Of a stretch of DNA of 64,000 nt, positions 9,977 to 19,615 are shown in pieces. How positions within the stretch are numbered: position 1 is the first letter of the stretch; each line of letters starts with the position of its first letter. The DNA is taken from positions 39,119 through 103,118 of the forward strand of contig JAFGTE010000013.1 in assembly GCA_016934215.1 (NCBI GenBank), read 5' to 3'. The notes under the pieces are model-generated. The model was not told the origin of the DNA and searched no databases. It saw only the letters and a list, made by a program, of their open reading frames with translations. The stretch is from Candidatus Peregrinibacteria bacterium. Its GTDB lineage: Bacteria; Patescibacteriota; Gracilibacteria; UM-FILTER-43-11. Made by a program: the position numbers and the translations under genes.

Positions 9977-10010
9977 AGTGATGTAGGGCTTGACAGGCCT
10001 ACCTTTCACT
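9977..10010 (+). promoter_or_regulatory. Hairpin in the nusA 5' UTR, reminiscent of the rimP/nusA leader
   Basis: AGTGA-T-GTAGG...CCTAC-CTT-TCACT stem directly after a TG-n-TATACT -10 box (9968-9973). Confidence 0.4.
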
Positions 10011-10026
10011 GTAACCCAATGAAAAT

Positions 10027-11379
10027 ATGAAACCGCAATTCTTTGCTGCCATCCACCAGATCTGCGATGAAAAGAATATCCCCTATGAGCGCGTCATCGA
10101 CACGATCAAGGCCGCTTTAGCGACCGCCTACCGAAAAGATTTCGGAAATAAAGAACAGGAGGTGGAAATCGTACTCCAGGATGATAGCGATATCGCCACG
10201 GTACTTCTTGTCAAGGAAGTAGTGGAAGAAGTGGAAAATCCGAACATTGAAATCAGTCTGGCTGAAGCACATAAAATGAAAAAAGACGTGGAAGTCGGTG
10301 ATATTATCAAAATCGACGTCACCCCGCTCGAATACGGCCGTATTGCCGCTCAGAGCGCTAAGCAGGTGATTCTGCAGCGTTTGCAGGAAGCCGAACGGGA
10401 CGCGCTTTATGAAATGTTCAAGAACCGTGAAAATGAAATCATGACCGCCCAGGTCATGCGCGTGGAGAACGGCGTCGTGCATATCCAGATCGAAAAGCAC
10501 AACGTGATGCTCGGCCCCCGCGACCAGATTTCAAACGAAAAATATTACAACGGAAAACGCATTAAGGTATACCTCGACAGAGTCGTGCATACCAGTAAAG
10601 GGCCTCAGCTTTCCATCAGCCGCACTCACCCCAACCTGGTCGTGCGTCTGCTCGAAATGGAGATTCCGGAAATTGCGGAAGGTGAAGTGGAAATTAAATC
10701 AATCGCCCGTGATCCCGGCACCCGCAGTAAAGTCGCTGTGTGGTCCGAAGACGAAAAGATTGATCCCGTCGGCGCCTGTATCGGCCAGAAAGGGGTCCGT
10801 ATTCAGGCAGTGATGAACGAACTCAATGGCGAACGGGTGGATATTATTGAATGGACCAAAGATCCGAAAGAATTTATTGCCACCGCCCTTCAGCCAGCGA
10901 AGATTGCCGAGGTTATTATTGTGAATGCCGGCGAAGATCCTAAGGTGCCCAAGCGCGCCGCGGTTTTTGTGGAGGAATCGGAACGGCCTATGGCGATTGG
11001 CAAGCAGGGGCAGAACGTGCGCCTGGCGTCGGATTTAACGGGCTATGAACTAGACCTTTACAATCTGGAACAGCTCCCTGCCTTTAAGGAAAAGCTCAAA
11101 GAACTGATGAAGTCCGACCGTCCCACCACGGCGGGCAGGCGTATTGATGATAAGGAACTGGAGGCCGCTGCCACCGAAAAGGAACTGGAGGCCGCTGAAA
11201 AGAGTCTGACAGAAGAAGGCGGTGAATGGGGCAAGCTGACCAAAGCCATTACCAATAAACTCGAAGCCGCCGGCTATGCCAGCCTCGAGGATCTGAAAGG
11301 CATGGATTTAAAAGCTCTGGAAGGTATTGAGGGAATCGGTAAGGTGAGTGCCAAAAAGATTCTGGAAGAACTGAAATAA
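10027..11379 (+). CDS. nusA: Transcription termination/antitermination factor NusA
   Basis: YGRIAAQSAKQVI, S1 and KH domains (ARDPGTRSK, GACIGQKG, AIGKQGQNVRLA), C-terminal HhH-like extension. Confidence 0.97.
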   Translation: MKPQFFAAIHQICDEKNIPYERVIDTIKAALATAYRKDFGNKEQEVEIVLQDDSDIATVLLVKEVVEEVENPNIEISLAEAHKMKKDVEVGDIIKIDVTPLEYGRIAAQSAKQVILQRLQEAERDALYEMFKNRENEIMTAQVMRVENGVVHIQIEKHNVMLGPRDQISNEKYYNGKRIKVYLDRVVHTSKGPQLSISRTHPNLVVRLLEMEIPEIAEGEVEIKSIARDPGTRSKVAVWSEDEKIDPVGACIGQKGVRIQAVMNELNGERVDIIEWTKDPKEFIATALQPAKIAEVIIVNAGEDPKVPKRAAVFVEESERPMAIGKQGQNVRLASDLTGYELDLYNLEQLPAFKEKLKELMKSDRPTTAGRRIDDKELEAAATEKELEAAEKSLTEEGGEWGKLTKAITNKLEAAGYASLEDLKGMDLKALEGIEGIGKVSAKKILEELK

Positions 11380-11391
11380 TATTTAAATACT

Positions 11392-11420
11392 AAAAAACCC
11401 CGCCCGTGGCGGGGTTTTTT
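11392..11420. terminator. Bidirectional intrinsic terminator between nusA and the pilin gene
   Basis: AAAAAA-CCCCGCC-CGT-GGCGGGG-TTTTTT between convergent genes. Confidence 0.9.
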
Positions 11421-11444
11421 AAATGTTAAATAATCAACTAAGTA

Positions 11445-12065
11445 TTAGTTGTAAACAACATAAATGGTATCATCAGCACCTAAAGCGTCAGCATCCTCAA
11501 TTGCCTGTGCAGTTGTAGTAGTCAACTCTGTGCCAATGTCTGTTGTATCATCCACACCATCCAAGCCATCAGCTAAAATATTTGCTTTTTGATATGTTTC
11601 AACATCAGTGATTAATGCATAGCCATTGTTATCAATGCCTCGGCTACTTAGAGGAATATAGACGTAAGAACCAACACAAATATTTGTATCGGTTGAATCA
11701 TAACGCGTTTGCTGAGATTCAGATGGTGAAGGGACAACGCCGCCCTTCAGGTAGCTTGCGATGTTACCAATAATATCTACACCATCCTCACCTGTACAAT
11801 TAGCACATGGAGATGTCGTATAATCTCTTAAACAATAAACCGTCGCATTTGTTCCGGGATATTGACCGTGGTCATCGAAATAAGTTTCGAGGGCCTGGCC
11901 GATGGCGTTCAGGTCCGCGATACGTCCTGTGTCACGAGCTCGAGCCTGTGCACCTGTAAGACGTGGGAGAATTGTACCCATCAAAATACCGAGGATGACG
12001 ATGACGATCATCAGCTCGATCAGGGTAAAACCTCTATGAAAAGCGCTTTTCGTAGTCTTTTTCAT
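11445..12065 (-). CDS. Type IV pilin / PulG-like prepilin
   Basis: Class III signal peptide G|FTLIELMIVIVILGIL and ARDTGRIADL motif. Confidence 0.92.
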   Translation of the reverse strand: MKKTTKSAFHRGFTLIELMIVIVILGILMGTILPRLTGAQARARDTGRIADLNAIGQALETYFDDHGQYPGTNATVYCLRDYTTSPCANCTGEDGVDIIGNIASYLKGGVVPSPSESQQTRYDSTDTNICVGSYVYIPLSSRGIDNNGYALITDVETYQKANILADGLDGVDDTTDIGTELTTTTAQAIEDADALGADDTIYVVYN

Positions 12066-12146
12066 TTTTGTTTTATTAAAGAAATAAATAAGTTATTTAA
12101 ATGTTAGCATAAAAAATTTGTTCAATGCAAGTCTTTTTTTTGCATT

Positions 12147-13343
12147 TTATACGGCAAGGTCGGAGGCGGATAAAATCGGTGTCATCACGGCCATGACCAG
12201 GAAGGCGACCGCGCCACCCAAAACGACCATAATAATCGGCTCCATCAGGGAGGAAAGACTTTTAACCATGGTGTCCACTTCGTCCTCGTAAAAGTCGGCC
12301 AGTTTCTTGGTGATCTGGTCGATCTGGGCCGTCTGTTCGGCGACACCGATCATGCCCACCACCATATTCGGAAAGTAGTAAAGGTCGTCTTTCATGTTTT
12401 CAGCCATGCCGATACCGTGTTTTACATCGTCGGCAATTTTATTGATACGTTCTTTATATAGTTGGTTTCCCACGCTGGCGGCCGTGATGCGCAGTGCTTT
12501 GATAATAGGAATACCGCTGGAAACCATGGTGGCCAGGCCACCGCAGAAGTGCGCAAGAGAAGCTTTTTTGGAAAGCTTTCCGAAAAGCGGCAGGACAAAG
12601 ACGATGCGGGTCCATATCCGATCGCCCCATTTAGTCGCTTTCCACCGAAGGAAAATTATTACAAAAACAACCAGGGTTCCGATTCCCCACAATACATTGG
12701 GCAGTCCCCAGGTCTTATTGACCAGCCAGTCTGACATACTTACTAAAGCCTGTGTCATGGCCGGAAGTTCCCCTCCAAGCCCTTCGAACATTTCTTTAAT
12801 CTTCGGCATCACGAGCACCATAATCGAAACAAAAGCGGCGATCATAATAACCACGATCACAATCGGATAAATCATGGCACCTTTGAGTTTGGACCTGAAA
12901 GCGGCTTGTTTTTCAGACTGCGTCGCGATTTCAATCAGGGTTTGGTTTAAGCGTCCGGAAGCTTCACCGGCTTCCACCATACCGATCTGGGCTTCTGAAA
13001 AATATTTGGGAAATTCCGCAAGCGCCTGAGAAAAACTGCTTCCTGATTCAATTCTTTCCACAATTTCTTTAATGATCAGTTTCATATGACCGTTGTCTGT
13101 CTGATCGATCAGAATATGCAGCGCTTTCACAATGGAGATCCCCGCATTGATCATGGTCGCCAGAAGTCTGAAAAAAGCGACCTTATCCGCTGTTTTGACT
13201 TTCTGATATTTCGCCAGAAATTGGTTCAGGGAGTCCATAAGACCACCCCCTCTGGCCCCGGCTTTCATGGGACTTTCCTGAGGCACTTCAGGCCCTCTTG
13301 GGCGTAATTCTTCAGCGCCGATATGTAATGAAGTTTCTGTCAT
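12147..13343 (-). CDS. pilC: Type IV pilus inner-membrane platform protein (PilC/GspF)
   Basis: LATMINAGI, GEASGRL, AMIYP and LMEPIIMV motifs; two T2SSF domains. Confidence 0.92.
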   Translation of the reverse strand: MTETSLHIGAEELRPRGPEVPQESPMKAGARGGGLMDSLNQFLAKYQKVKTADKVAFFRLLATMINAGISIVKALHILIDQTDNGHMKLIIKEIVERIESGSSFSQALAEFPKYFSEAQIGMVEAGEASGRLNQTLIEIATQSEKQAAFRSKLKGAMIYPIVIVVIMIAAFVSIMVLVMPKIKEMFEGLGGELPAMTQALVSMSDWLVNKTWGLPNVLWGIGTLVVFVIIFLRWKATKWGDRIWTRIVFVLPLFGKLSKKASLAHFCGGLATMVSSGIPIIKALRITAASVGNQLYKERINKIADDVKHGIGMAENMKDDLYYFPNMVVGMIGVAEQTAQIDQITKKLADFYEDEVDTMVKSLSSLMEPIIMVVLGGAVAFLVMAVMTPILSASDLAV

Positions 13344-13357
13344 TCTATTGATTATTG

Positions 13358-14752
13358 TTATCCGGATATTCGGAAGATTTCTTCCAAGGTGGTCAATCCC
13401 TGAAGCGCTTTAATAAAGCCATCCTGTTTCAGGGTGATCATCCCCTGTTTTCTTGCCGCATCCTCCAGTTCGGCATCAGGAGCATTCTTGATTACAAGCT
13501 GTCCTACTTCGCGTTCCAAAGCCAGAATCTCAAAAACCGCGACACGGCCTTTATAGCCGAGATTGTTGCATTTCTGGCACCCCTTTCCTTTATACATTTT
13601 CATGCCCTTTAAAAGAGCGGGATCCAGGTCTTTTTCTTTGACGGCTTTGAGTTCTTCCTGAATTTCTTTTGCCACTTCCGGTTCCACCGTTATTTCTTCC
13701 TTACATTCCGTGCAAATACGGCGTACTAGACGCTGAGACACAATCCCGCGAATAGAGGAAGTGATCAGAAAGGGTTTAACGCCCATATCCGTGATACGGG
13801 TCAGCGTTGATACTGCCGAATTCGTGTGGATCGTAGATAGTACCAGGTGACCGGTCAAGGCGGCGCGGATAGCAATTTCGATGGTTTCCTGATCGCGGAT
13901 TTCCCCCACCATGATGATGTCCGGATCCTGACGCAGGGCGGTACGAAGCCCCCTGCTAAAGTCATACTGAATCTCCGGACGAACCTGAGACTGGTTGAGA
14001 CCGTCCATTTGGTATTCCACCGGATCTTCAAAAGTCATGATGTTTACGCCGATTTCATTCAGCCGGTTGAGAACTGAATATAAGGTATTCGTTTTACCTG
14101 AACCCGTCGGTCCGGTCACCAGAATGATTCCGTTCGGCAGTTTACAAAAGCCTTCCATCAGTTCCAGTGAGCTTCCCCGCAGACCCAAATCAGGAAGATC
14201 AGGAATAGTTTTAGTCTTGTCCTGTAAACGTTTACAGATCTTTTCACCGTTTACTGTGGGCAGGGTGCTTACACGCAGATCAATGTTGCGGCCGTCTTCG
14301 GTGGTCACTTGGGTGCGGCCGTCCTGAGGAACGCGCTGTTCATCGATCTTCAGGCTCGACATGATCTTCACGCGGGATACCACGGCCGGATGGATATTAT
14401 TCGGGTATTCAACAATAAGCCGGAGTACTCCGTCGATCCTGAGGCGGATACGAACGGTCTTTTCTTCGGGCTCAATATGAATATCCGAAGCGCCCATTAC
14501 GAGAGCTAAGGTGATCGTATACATCACGATCTGAGGAATATTGCCTGCCAGAATGGCATTTTGCAGTTGTTTGGTCAGTGTCGCGGCCTGCCCTTCGCTA
14601 TTTACTTTGCCATTTGGTTTTTTTCCGGCCTCTTCCTTTTTAACCTCTTCTTTAACGGAAGGTACGGCTTTGGCCGGTGCCACTGCAGGCGCCGCTGCTG
14701 CCGCTTTAGCCCCCACTTCTTCCAATGGTGTAAGCGTTACCTGGTTTGCCAA
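13358..14752 (-). CDS. pilB: Type IV pilus assembly ATPase (PilB/GspE family)
   Basis: ASDIHIEP, Walker A GPTGSGKT, LRQDPDIIMVGEIRD, TGHLVLSTIH and Zn-binding CxxC pairs. Confidence 0.93.
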   Translation of the reverse strand: MANQVTLTPLEEVGAKAAAAAPAVAPAKAVPSVKEEVKKEEAGKKPNGKVNSEGQAATLTKQLQNAILAGNIPQIVMYTITLALVMGASDIHIEPEEKTVRIRLRIDGVLRLIVEYPNNIHPAVVSRVKIMSSLKIDEQRVPQDGRTQVTTEDGRNIDLRVSTLPTVNGEKICKRLQDKTKTIPDLPDLGLRGSSLELMEGFCKLPNGIILVTGPTGSGKTNTLYSVLNRLNEIGVNIMTFEDPVEYQMDGLNQSQVRPEIQYDFSRGLRTALRQDPDIIMVGEIRDQETIEIAIRAALTGHLVLSTIHTNSAVSTLTRITDMGVKPFLITSSIRGIVSQRLVRRICTECKEEITVEPEVAKEIQEELKAVKEKDLDPALLKGMKMYKGKGCQKCNNLGYKGRVAVFEILALEREVGQLVIKNAPDAELEDAARKQGMITLKQDGFIKALQGLTTLEEIFRISG

Positions 14753-14762
14753 AGGTTATTTG

Positions 14763-15551
14763 TTAGTTACGGGTTTTTTGGGGAATTCTGGAATACACAT
14801 TGAGCTTCACACTGAAATCCACACCTAAATTCTCACCGGTTTTTTCGTCTACCCCGCGATAATTGATACTGATATTGGATATGTTCATCAGGCGGATTTT
14901 TTTACTGACCACTGTCTTATCTTCTCCTTCACCCGTATACACATAACCTGAGCGATCAACCAAACTCAAAAACCGGTCAAATCCCGCCAGGCTCGAATAA
15001 ATGGAAGTGGAAACGGGAATGACTAAGTAACCGTCTTTCTCCTGAGGTTGTGACAGACTGATGGAAGTGAATTCGAAAGGCGGGTAAGCCGCTGCCACCT
15101 CCGTAGCAAAGGATTCAAACAGCTGAATCATTCCCAATTTATCGATTTCTGCAGGAAATATATCGTCAAGCGCTTTAAGGACTTCGGCGTGTTCTTCATC
15201 GTAAGCTGATTTGTGAAGATCTCTTGTTTTTTCCAGATCGGGAATGATTACGTCTTCATATTCCTGAATTTCTTCCTGCAACTGGGCAATCTGGGCCGGC
15301 GCCTTAAGGTAGGCCACCGTATTACTGTAAAAGAAGAAAACGGAATAAAGCAGAAGAACCATGAGTGAACCGCCAAGTTTGGCATAGGCCATCTTCTTAT
15401 TTTTTTCTTCGAGATATTTGGCCTTTTTGGCTTTTACCATTTGTCCGGCAACCAGTGTTTTGCCGAATATACTTTCCTTTTTTTTCTGGGCATCTGATTC
15501 AGGCTGATCTGCCTTATCTTTTCTGCCAATAATACTTTTGAATGAAATCAT
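14763..15551 (-). CDS. Putative PilO-like pilus alignment protein
   Basis: Single TM, coiled coil and ferredoxin-like beta pattern; located in the pil operon. Confidence 0.5.
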   Translation of the reverse strand: MISFKSIIGRKDKADQPESDAQKKKESIFGKTLVAGQMVKAKKAKYLEEKNKKMAYAKLGGSLMVLLLYSVFFFYSNTVAYLKAPAQIAQLQEEIQEYEDVIIPDLEKTRDLHKSAYDEEHAEVLKALDDIFPAEIDKLGMIQLFESFATEVAAAYPPFEFTSISLSQPQEKDGYLVIPVSTSIYSSLAGFDRFLSLVDRSGYVYTGEGEDKTVVSKKIRLMNISNISINYRGVDEKTGENLGVDFSVKLNVYSRIPQKTRN

Positions 15552-15572
15552 GGGGTTGGGTGTAAACTTTAA

Positions 15573-17117
15573 TTATTCATTTAATGTGAAAGAGAGCTGG
15601 AAACTGGAATGATAACGTCCTGTATCAGCATCCAGACTTTTACTGAAAGAGGTGAATTCTTTGAATCCTGTGAAGTAAGGCTTTGTGGTGTCTTCCGGAT
15701 TGTTTTTATCTTTGGGGAAGTATTTGAAAGCTTCCTCCAGTTCCACCAGTTTCGTCAGATTTCTGCCCAGCGGATCGCTGAGGGTGCCGCTCACCCGGAT
15801 CGCACCTTTCTCGGCATCAAATGAGTAATTGTTATATTCGATGTATTTGAAAAAATCGTTCAGTTCATAAACGGAATTGGTCACCTGTTTGATTTTATCA
15901 AAAATATCAGGCCAGTTAATGCGTTCGCTGATGAGCTTATTGACCGTTTCAACCGTTTTGTCTTCGTAGCCTTCTTTAAATAATTCAATATCTTTATTGA
16001 GCTGAATTTCCTCTTCCTGAAGATCTTCTATTTTAAGTGAGGCATTATGAAGTCTTCCGCCTGTATTTTCTGAAATACCCGCTAAACCCAGCACCGTATT
16101 GTCTTTATCAATCCATTCAACATACAAAAAAGCTGCGCTGAGCGCGATGAAGATGATCGTGAAGTTCATGAATATTCTGGAGAAAGTCAGAAGCCCTGCC
16201 ATTTCCTGTTTTTTAGCAGGCTGCTTTTCCTCTTCTTTTCTGACAATAATTTTTTTCTCTTCTTCTTTTTTTACTTCTTTCTTATCAGTTTTGGCCACGA
16301 TGGTATCGATGATTGATTTTTTATCGATTTCTTCTTCTTTCTTGCCAAACATCTTGGTAAAAAGATTGCCTTTGCCTTCTTCCGGCGCCTTTTTAATTTC
16401 AGTTTTTGGGGTGACGGGAGCAATCGGAACGGAAGCAGCAACGGCAGGGGCCGGCGCTTTCGGAATGACTGGGGCGGCAACGGCAGGGGCCGGCGCTTTC
16501 GGAGCTTCGGGAATTTTAAAACTGGGGGCCGGCTGTGGCATTTTTGGCATCCCGAGAGGTTTGATCGGAGCTGCCGGGGCAGGTTTCATAGGCGTTGGTT
16601 TGACTTCAGCCTTAGCTGGTTCCTCTTTCTTTTCTTCTTCCTTCAGTCCGATTCTGAATATTCCTTCTTTCTTTTCTTCTTTTTTGGGTTCCGCTACCGG
16701 TGGTTTTGTTTCAGCTGCTTTTTCGCTCACCTTACCTGTCAGTTTTTCCTGTAATTTTGCCGCTTTTGCTTCCCATTTGGCGGTGTCTTTGTTCTCAGGA
16801 TCAAACTCTTTAAATTCTTTTGTCAGAGCTACAAGCTTTTCAACGTCATTCTCTTTGTAGAGTTTCTTGAGCATATCGACATACTCTTCTGCTTTTTTTT
16901 CTTTTGCCTTTCTTGCTTCTTTGTCTTTTGCTTTTTCGATTTTCTGCATCAGCTTGTGAGCCAAACGATTTTCTGCATCATGTCTGATGATCCTGTCATA
17001 CAGGGTTTTGACGGCTTCAAAGTTTTCACCTTTGTAAGCCATTTTCATTTCCTGCTCCAGTGCTTTAATGTCCTCCGGAGCTTGGTATTGTTTATTTTTG
17101 TCTTCCTGCGGGTCCAT
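15573..17117 (-). CDS. Putative PilN-like protein with long charged/Pro-rich N-terminal extension
   Basis: TM near residue 320, coiled coil, ERINWPDIF motif and C-terminal FQLSFTL strand as in PilN; pil operon context. Confidence 0.5.
   Translation of the reverse strand: MDPQEDKNKQYQAPEDIKALEQEMKMAYKGENFEAVKTLYDRIIRHDAENRLAHKLMQKIEKAKDKEARKAKEKKAEEYVDMLKKLYKENDVEKLVALTKEFKEFDPENKDTAKWEAKAAKLQEKLTGKVSEKAAETKPPVAEPKKEEKKEGIFRIGLKEEEKKEEPAKAEVKPTPMKPAPAAPIKPLGMPKMPQPAPSFKIPEAPKAPAPAVAAPVIPKAPAPAVAASVPIAPVTPKTEIKKAPEEGKGNLFTKMFGKKEEEIDKKSIIDTIVAKTDKKEVKKEEEKKIIVRKEEEKQPAKKQEMAGLLTFSRIFMNFTIIFIALSAAFLYVEWIDKDNTVLGLAGISENTGGRLHNASLKIEDLQEEEIQLNKDIELFKEGYEDKTVETVNKLISERINWPDIFDKIKQVTNSVYELNDFFKYIEYNNYSFDAEKGAIRVSGTLSDPLGRNLTKLVELEEAFKYFPKDKNNPEDTTKPYFTGFKEFTSFSKSLDADTGRYHSSFQLSFTLNE
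16438..16503. repeat. 27-bp direct repeat within the Pro/Ala linker (PKAPAPAVA twice)
   Basis: GCAACGGCAGGGGCCGGCGCTTTCGGA at 16438 and 16477. Confidence 0.8.
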
Positions 17118-17274
17118 AGTTTGGTTGGTTTATTTTGTTCTTTTTTTGTTTGGCTTTGCCCGTTCGATATTTCTATCTAGGGGTATATCTTTTAATTTTA
17201 TCATTTTTTCATGCATTTTTCAAGTCTTTTATGCTAGAATAGGCGGGATTATTACTAACCAGGAGCACCCCTCA

Positions 17275-18346
17275 ATGAACCTTTCTGAACTTGCCAAAAA
17301 AATCAGTCAGGACCTCCACTATCTTTGAAGGCACTGGTATCAAGGAGAAAAAAGCTGCCGCTGAACAGAAATCCCAGCAGAAAGGACTTTGGAATGACCA
17401 AAAAAGTGCTGAAAAAGTGCTCAAAGAGCTGAAATACTGGACGGACCTTGAAGCACTTTGGCAAGGGCTTTCGGCAAAGGTCAAAGATCTTCAGGAACTG
17501 GATGAAATGGTCGAAGAGGGCAGCCCTGAGGCCGGTGAACTGGAATCGGAACTGGAAAAGCTTGAAAAAGCTTACCAGAAAGCGCATGTGGAGCTTCTTT
17601 TGAGTGGTCCTTATGACCAAAATGACGCCATTTTAGTCTTATCCGCCGGTACCGGCGGCGTGGACGCCCAGGACTGGACGGAAATGCTGCTGCGGATGTA
17701 TCTGCGGTTTGCTGAAAAAAAAGGCTGGAAAACGGAAGTGACCGATAAAACGGTCGCCGCGGAAGCCGGCATTAAGAGTGCCACCATCCACGTCAAAGGA
17801 ATGATGGCTTACGGGCTTTTAAAAGGCGAGCATGGGGTGCACCGACTTGTCCGGTTATCCCCTTTCAATGCCAAGAATCTGCGTCAGACTTCTTTTGCCC
17901 TGGTGGAAGTCCTTCCGGTCATCGCTGAAGATGCAGGAGTTAAGATCAATGAAAAAGACCTTAGAATCGATACCTACCGGGCCAGCGGAGCGGGTGGCCA
18001 GCACGTGAATACCACCGATTCCGCCGTCCGGATCACTCACCTGCCCACGGGACTGGTAGTCACCTGTCAATCGGAGCGCAGTCAGGCCCAGAACAAGGCT
18101 CAGGCCATGAGTGTTTTAAAGGGGCGGCTGGCCCAAAAACTGATGGAGGAAAAAAAGGAACGAATTGACGAGCTTAAGGGGGGCTACAAAGAGGCCGCCT
18201 GGGGCAACCAGATCCGTTCTTACGTGTTTCAGCCCTACACCATGGTCAAAGACCACCGCACGAACGCGGAGACCAGTCAGGTCGACGTGGTGATGGATGG
18301 AGAACTTGATCAATTCATTGAAGCCTATTTACTAAAAAGAACTTAA
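17275..18346 (+). CDS. prfB: Peptide chain release factor 2, expressed through a programmed +1 frameshift (about 356 aa)
   Basis: ATG at 17275 reads MNLSELAKKISQDLHYL, then CTT TGA at 17323-17328. The +1 frame continues EGTGIKE... and contains the SPF and GGQ motifs. Confidence 0.95.
17311..17329 (+). promoter_or_regulatory. RF2 autoregulatory frameshift site
   Basis: GAC CTC CAC TAT CTT TGA A: canonical TAT CTT TGA core with atypical flanks. Confidence 0.88.
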
Positions 18347-18365
18347 CCGTTATTCTTTTTTTACG

Positions 18366-18851
18366 ATGTTACTTCCTATTGAAACCGGCACAGACAATCC
18401 GATCCTCCGGAAAAAATCCACCCCCGTGGAAAAAATCACCAAGAAGACCTTAAAGCTCGTGAAAGATATGCACGAAACGATGATTGAGGCCAACGGCGTG
18501 GGTATTGCCGCGCCCCAAGTGGGGGTAAATGAACGGATTTTTCTGATGACCCTCGACAATAAAAAAGTCCTGCCGATGATCAACCCTGAGATTCTGGAAG
18601 TGTCGGAAAAAACGGAATGGGGGGAAGAGGGGTGCTTAAGTCTGCCCAACCAGTGGGGCAGTGTGGAACGAAGCAGGGCCGTGATGGTCCGCTTTAAAGA
18701 TTTAAAGGGGCAGACACTGACCATGAAATTCGAAGGTTTCGAAGCCCGTGAGATCCAGCATGAACTGGATCACCTGAACGGTATCCTGTTTACGGATTAT
18801 CTGGAAGACCATCAGATCGCTTTTGAGGTACGCGAAGGGGAAATGGTGTGA
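18366..18851 (+). CDS. def: Peptide deformylase
   Basis: GVGIAAPQ, EGCLS and HELDHL motifs. Confidence 0.96.
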   Translation: MLLPIETGTDNPILRKKSTPVEKITKKTLKLVKDMHETMIEANGVGIAAPQVGVNERIFLMTLDNKKVLPMINPEILEVSEKTEWGEEGCLSLPNQWGSVERSRAVMVRFKDLKGQTLTMKFEGFEAREIQHELDHLNGILFTDYLEDHQIAFEVREGEMV

Positions 18852-18859
18852 TGCTCTTT

Positions 18860-19615
18860 TTAATAGAAATGATTTTCAAATCGCAATTGCCAGCGGGGAT
18901 CGTGCGGATTGTTTTTTTGTAAAATCCTGTACAACCTGATTCCGTTTAAAATGGCTGCCTCATCTTCTTTGGCATAGAGCTGAATGATTTTTTTATAACC
19001 CAGCCTGGCGACTTTTTCATAAAGTGCCAATAAGATTCCTCCGCAAGTCGGAATTTTACTGATATTTGCTTTAATTTCATTATCGATTCCTGCATTGGCC
19101 AATAAAGTCAGCCATGAACTCGGTTTTTTACTTCTGTCTTTTTTTAAACGGGTACTGACTATATTCCGCATTTCTCTTTCTGTAAAAATCCGTATTTCAT
19201 TATTTTTCAGCCCCTGTTTCTGAATATAATGATTGATCAGGCGGGGTATTACCTGTTGATTCAGGATATGATCTTTTGATTCTTTTCCCGCTTTATTTAA
19301 TATAATCAACGCGTCTTTATAGTCCTTCCAGTTGATCACACTTTTGATTTCCTCAAACTGAGGAAAGGAGCAGAGGGGTTTTGCAGTCCCGCATTTAATC
19401 CGTTTTCCGTAGTGCTTTTCCACTAATTCCTTTCCGCCCATCTGGTAATAAACCACCTTTCTTTTAAAATCGATGTCATTTATTAATAAAGCCAGGTCCC
19501 CTTCCAGTCTTCTTGCCTCGGTAATCGTTTTAACCTGAACCGGCCGGATTTTTTCTCCGATACAAAAGTGTCCGGTAAAGATAATCGTGGCTTGTGATTG
19601 CATCTTATTTCCCAA
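18860..19615 (-). CDS. Hypothetical protein, last gene of the ABC transporter operon
   Basis: 251-aa ORF overlapping the end of the ATPase gene; no family confidently recognised. Confidence 0.6.
   Translation of the reverse strand: MGNKMQSQATIIFTGHFCIGEKIRPVQVKTITEARRLEGDLALLINDIDFKRKVVYYQMGGKELVEKHYGKRIKCGTAKPLCSFPQFEEIKSVINWKDYKDALIILNKAGKESKDHILNQQVIPRLINHYIQKQGLKNNEIRIFTEREMRNIVSTRLKKDRSKKPSSWLTLLANAGIDNEIKANISKIPTCGGILLALYEKVARLGYKKIIQLYAKEDEAAILNGIRLYRILQKNNPHDPRWQLRFENHFY

Noticed and set aside
16099-16860. 253-aa plus-strand ORF and the many similar shadow ORFs (e.g. 33517-34155, 52674-53300, 37056-37604)
   Set aside because: They are antisense or alternate-frame shadows of well-supported genes and contain no recognisable motifs.
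17291-18346. ORF-track TTG start for prfB, or a prfB pseudogene
   Set aside because: The CTT TGA shift site and the upstream ATG 17275 frame match the known programmed frameshift.
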